The translations under genes were made by a program, and so were the position numbers. Below are positions 63,401-64,000 of a stretch of DNA of 64,000 bases, piece after piece. The stretch is taken from contig CM059433.1 in the NCBI GenBank assembly GCA_030390025.1, positions 868,001-932,000 of the forward strand, given 5' to 3'. The notes under the pieces are model-generated. The model saw only the letters and a list, made by a program, of their open reading frames with translations. It was not told where the DNA came from and ran no database searches. Within the stretch, counting starts at the first letter, position 1. Each line of letters opens with the position of its first letter. This DNA comes from Squalus acanthias (Eukaryota).

Positions 63401-64000
63401 ATGGGGATACAACGAGCTGATGCCTATGGGGAAGCAGTGAGCTGATGCCTATGGGGATATAGTGAGCTGATGCCAATGGGGATACAGTGAGCTGATGTCT
63501 ATGGGGATACAGTGAGCTGATGTCTATGGGGATACAGTGAGCTGATGCCTATGGGGATACAGTGAGCTGATGTCTATGGTGATACAATGAGCTGATGCCT
63601 ATGGGGAAGCAGTGAGCTGATGTCTATGGGGATATAGTGAGCTGATGCCTATGGGGATACAGTGACCTGATGTCTATGGGGATACAGTGAGCTGATGTCT
63701 ATGGGGATACAGTGAGCTGATGCCTATGGGGATACAGTGAGCTGATGTCTATGGGGATACAATGAGCTGATGCCTATGGGGAAGCAGTGAGCTGATGTCT
63801 ATGGGGATATAGTGAGCTGATGCCTATGGGGATACAGTGAGCTGATGTCTATGGGGATACAGTGAGCTGATGTCTATGGGGATACAGTGTGTTGATGTCT
63901 ATGGGGATACATTGTGTTGATGTCTATGGGGATACAGTGTTTTGATGTCTATGGGGATACAATGTGTTGATGTCTATGGGGATACAGTGAGCTGATGCCT
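48411..64000. repeat. 25-bp tandem satellite, consensus GAGCTGATGTCTATGGGGATACAGT (variant GTGTTGAT), >620 units, runs off the window
   Basis: Period of 25 measured directly (GATACAGTGA at 49021, 49046, 49071). Higher-order periods of 1748 bp and ~2.3 kb. Confidence 0.98.

Noticed and set aside
48411..64000. Telomeric repeat or strong G-quadruplex array
   Set aside because: No TTAGGG tract. G-runs are ~21 nt apart, too far for a canonical G4 motif.

Overview
Eukaryotic, repeat-dominated window with no recognisable host protein-coding exon. The repeat families (CR1 LINEs with 8-nt tail repeats, Deu-domain SINEs, PIF/Harbinger transposons and MITEs, an RTE fragment, a Penelope-like end) suggest a vertebrate, most likely a cartilaginous fish; this is an inference. 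Bases 1-31 kb are a nested TE landscape that includes a near-intact CR1 (7.6-11.6 kb) and a LINE whose endonuclease ORF lies directly behind a tRNA-like Pol III head. Bases 31311-46445 are one PIF/Harbinger transposon with both TIRs, a spliced Myb/SANT gene on +, and a transposase pseudogene on - that is interrupted by a solo LTR. It is inflated from about 4 kb to 15 kb by an ~11 kb array of a 15-bp unit that appears to have grown from a single hairpin in its subterminal region. From 47.5 kb to the window end lies a 25-bp satellite with kb-scale higher-order periods, whose degenerate edge is split by a hairpin-rich MITE. The giant ORFs at 35-46 kb are best explained as by-products of the 15-bp repeat.
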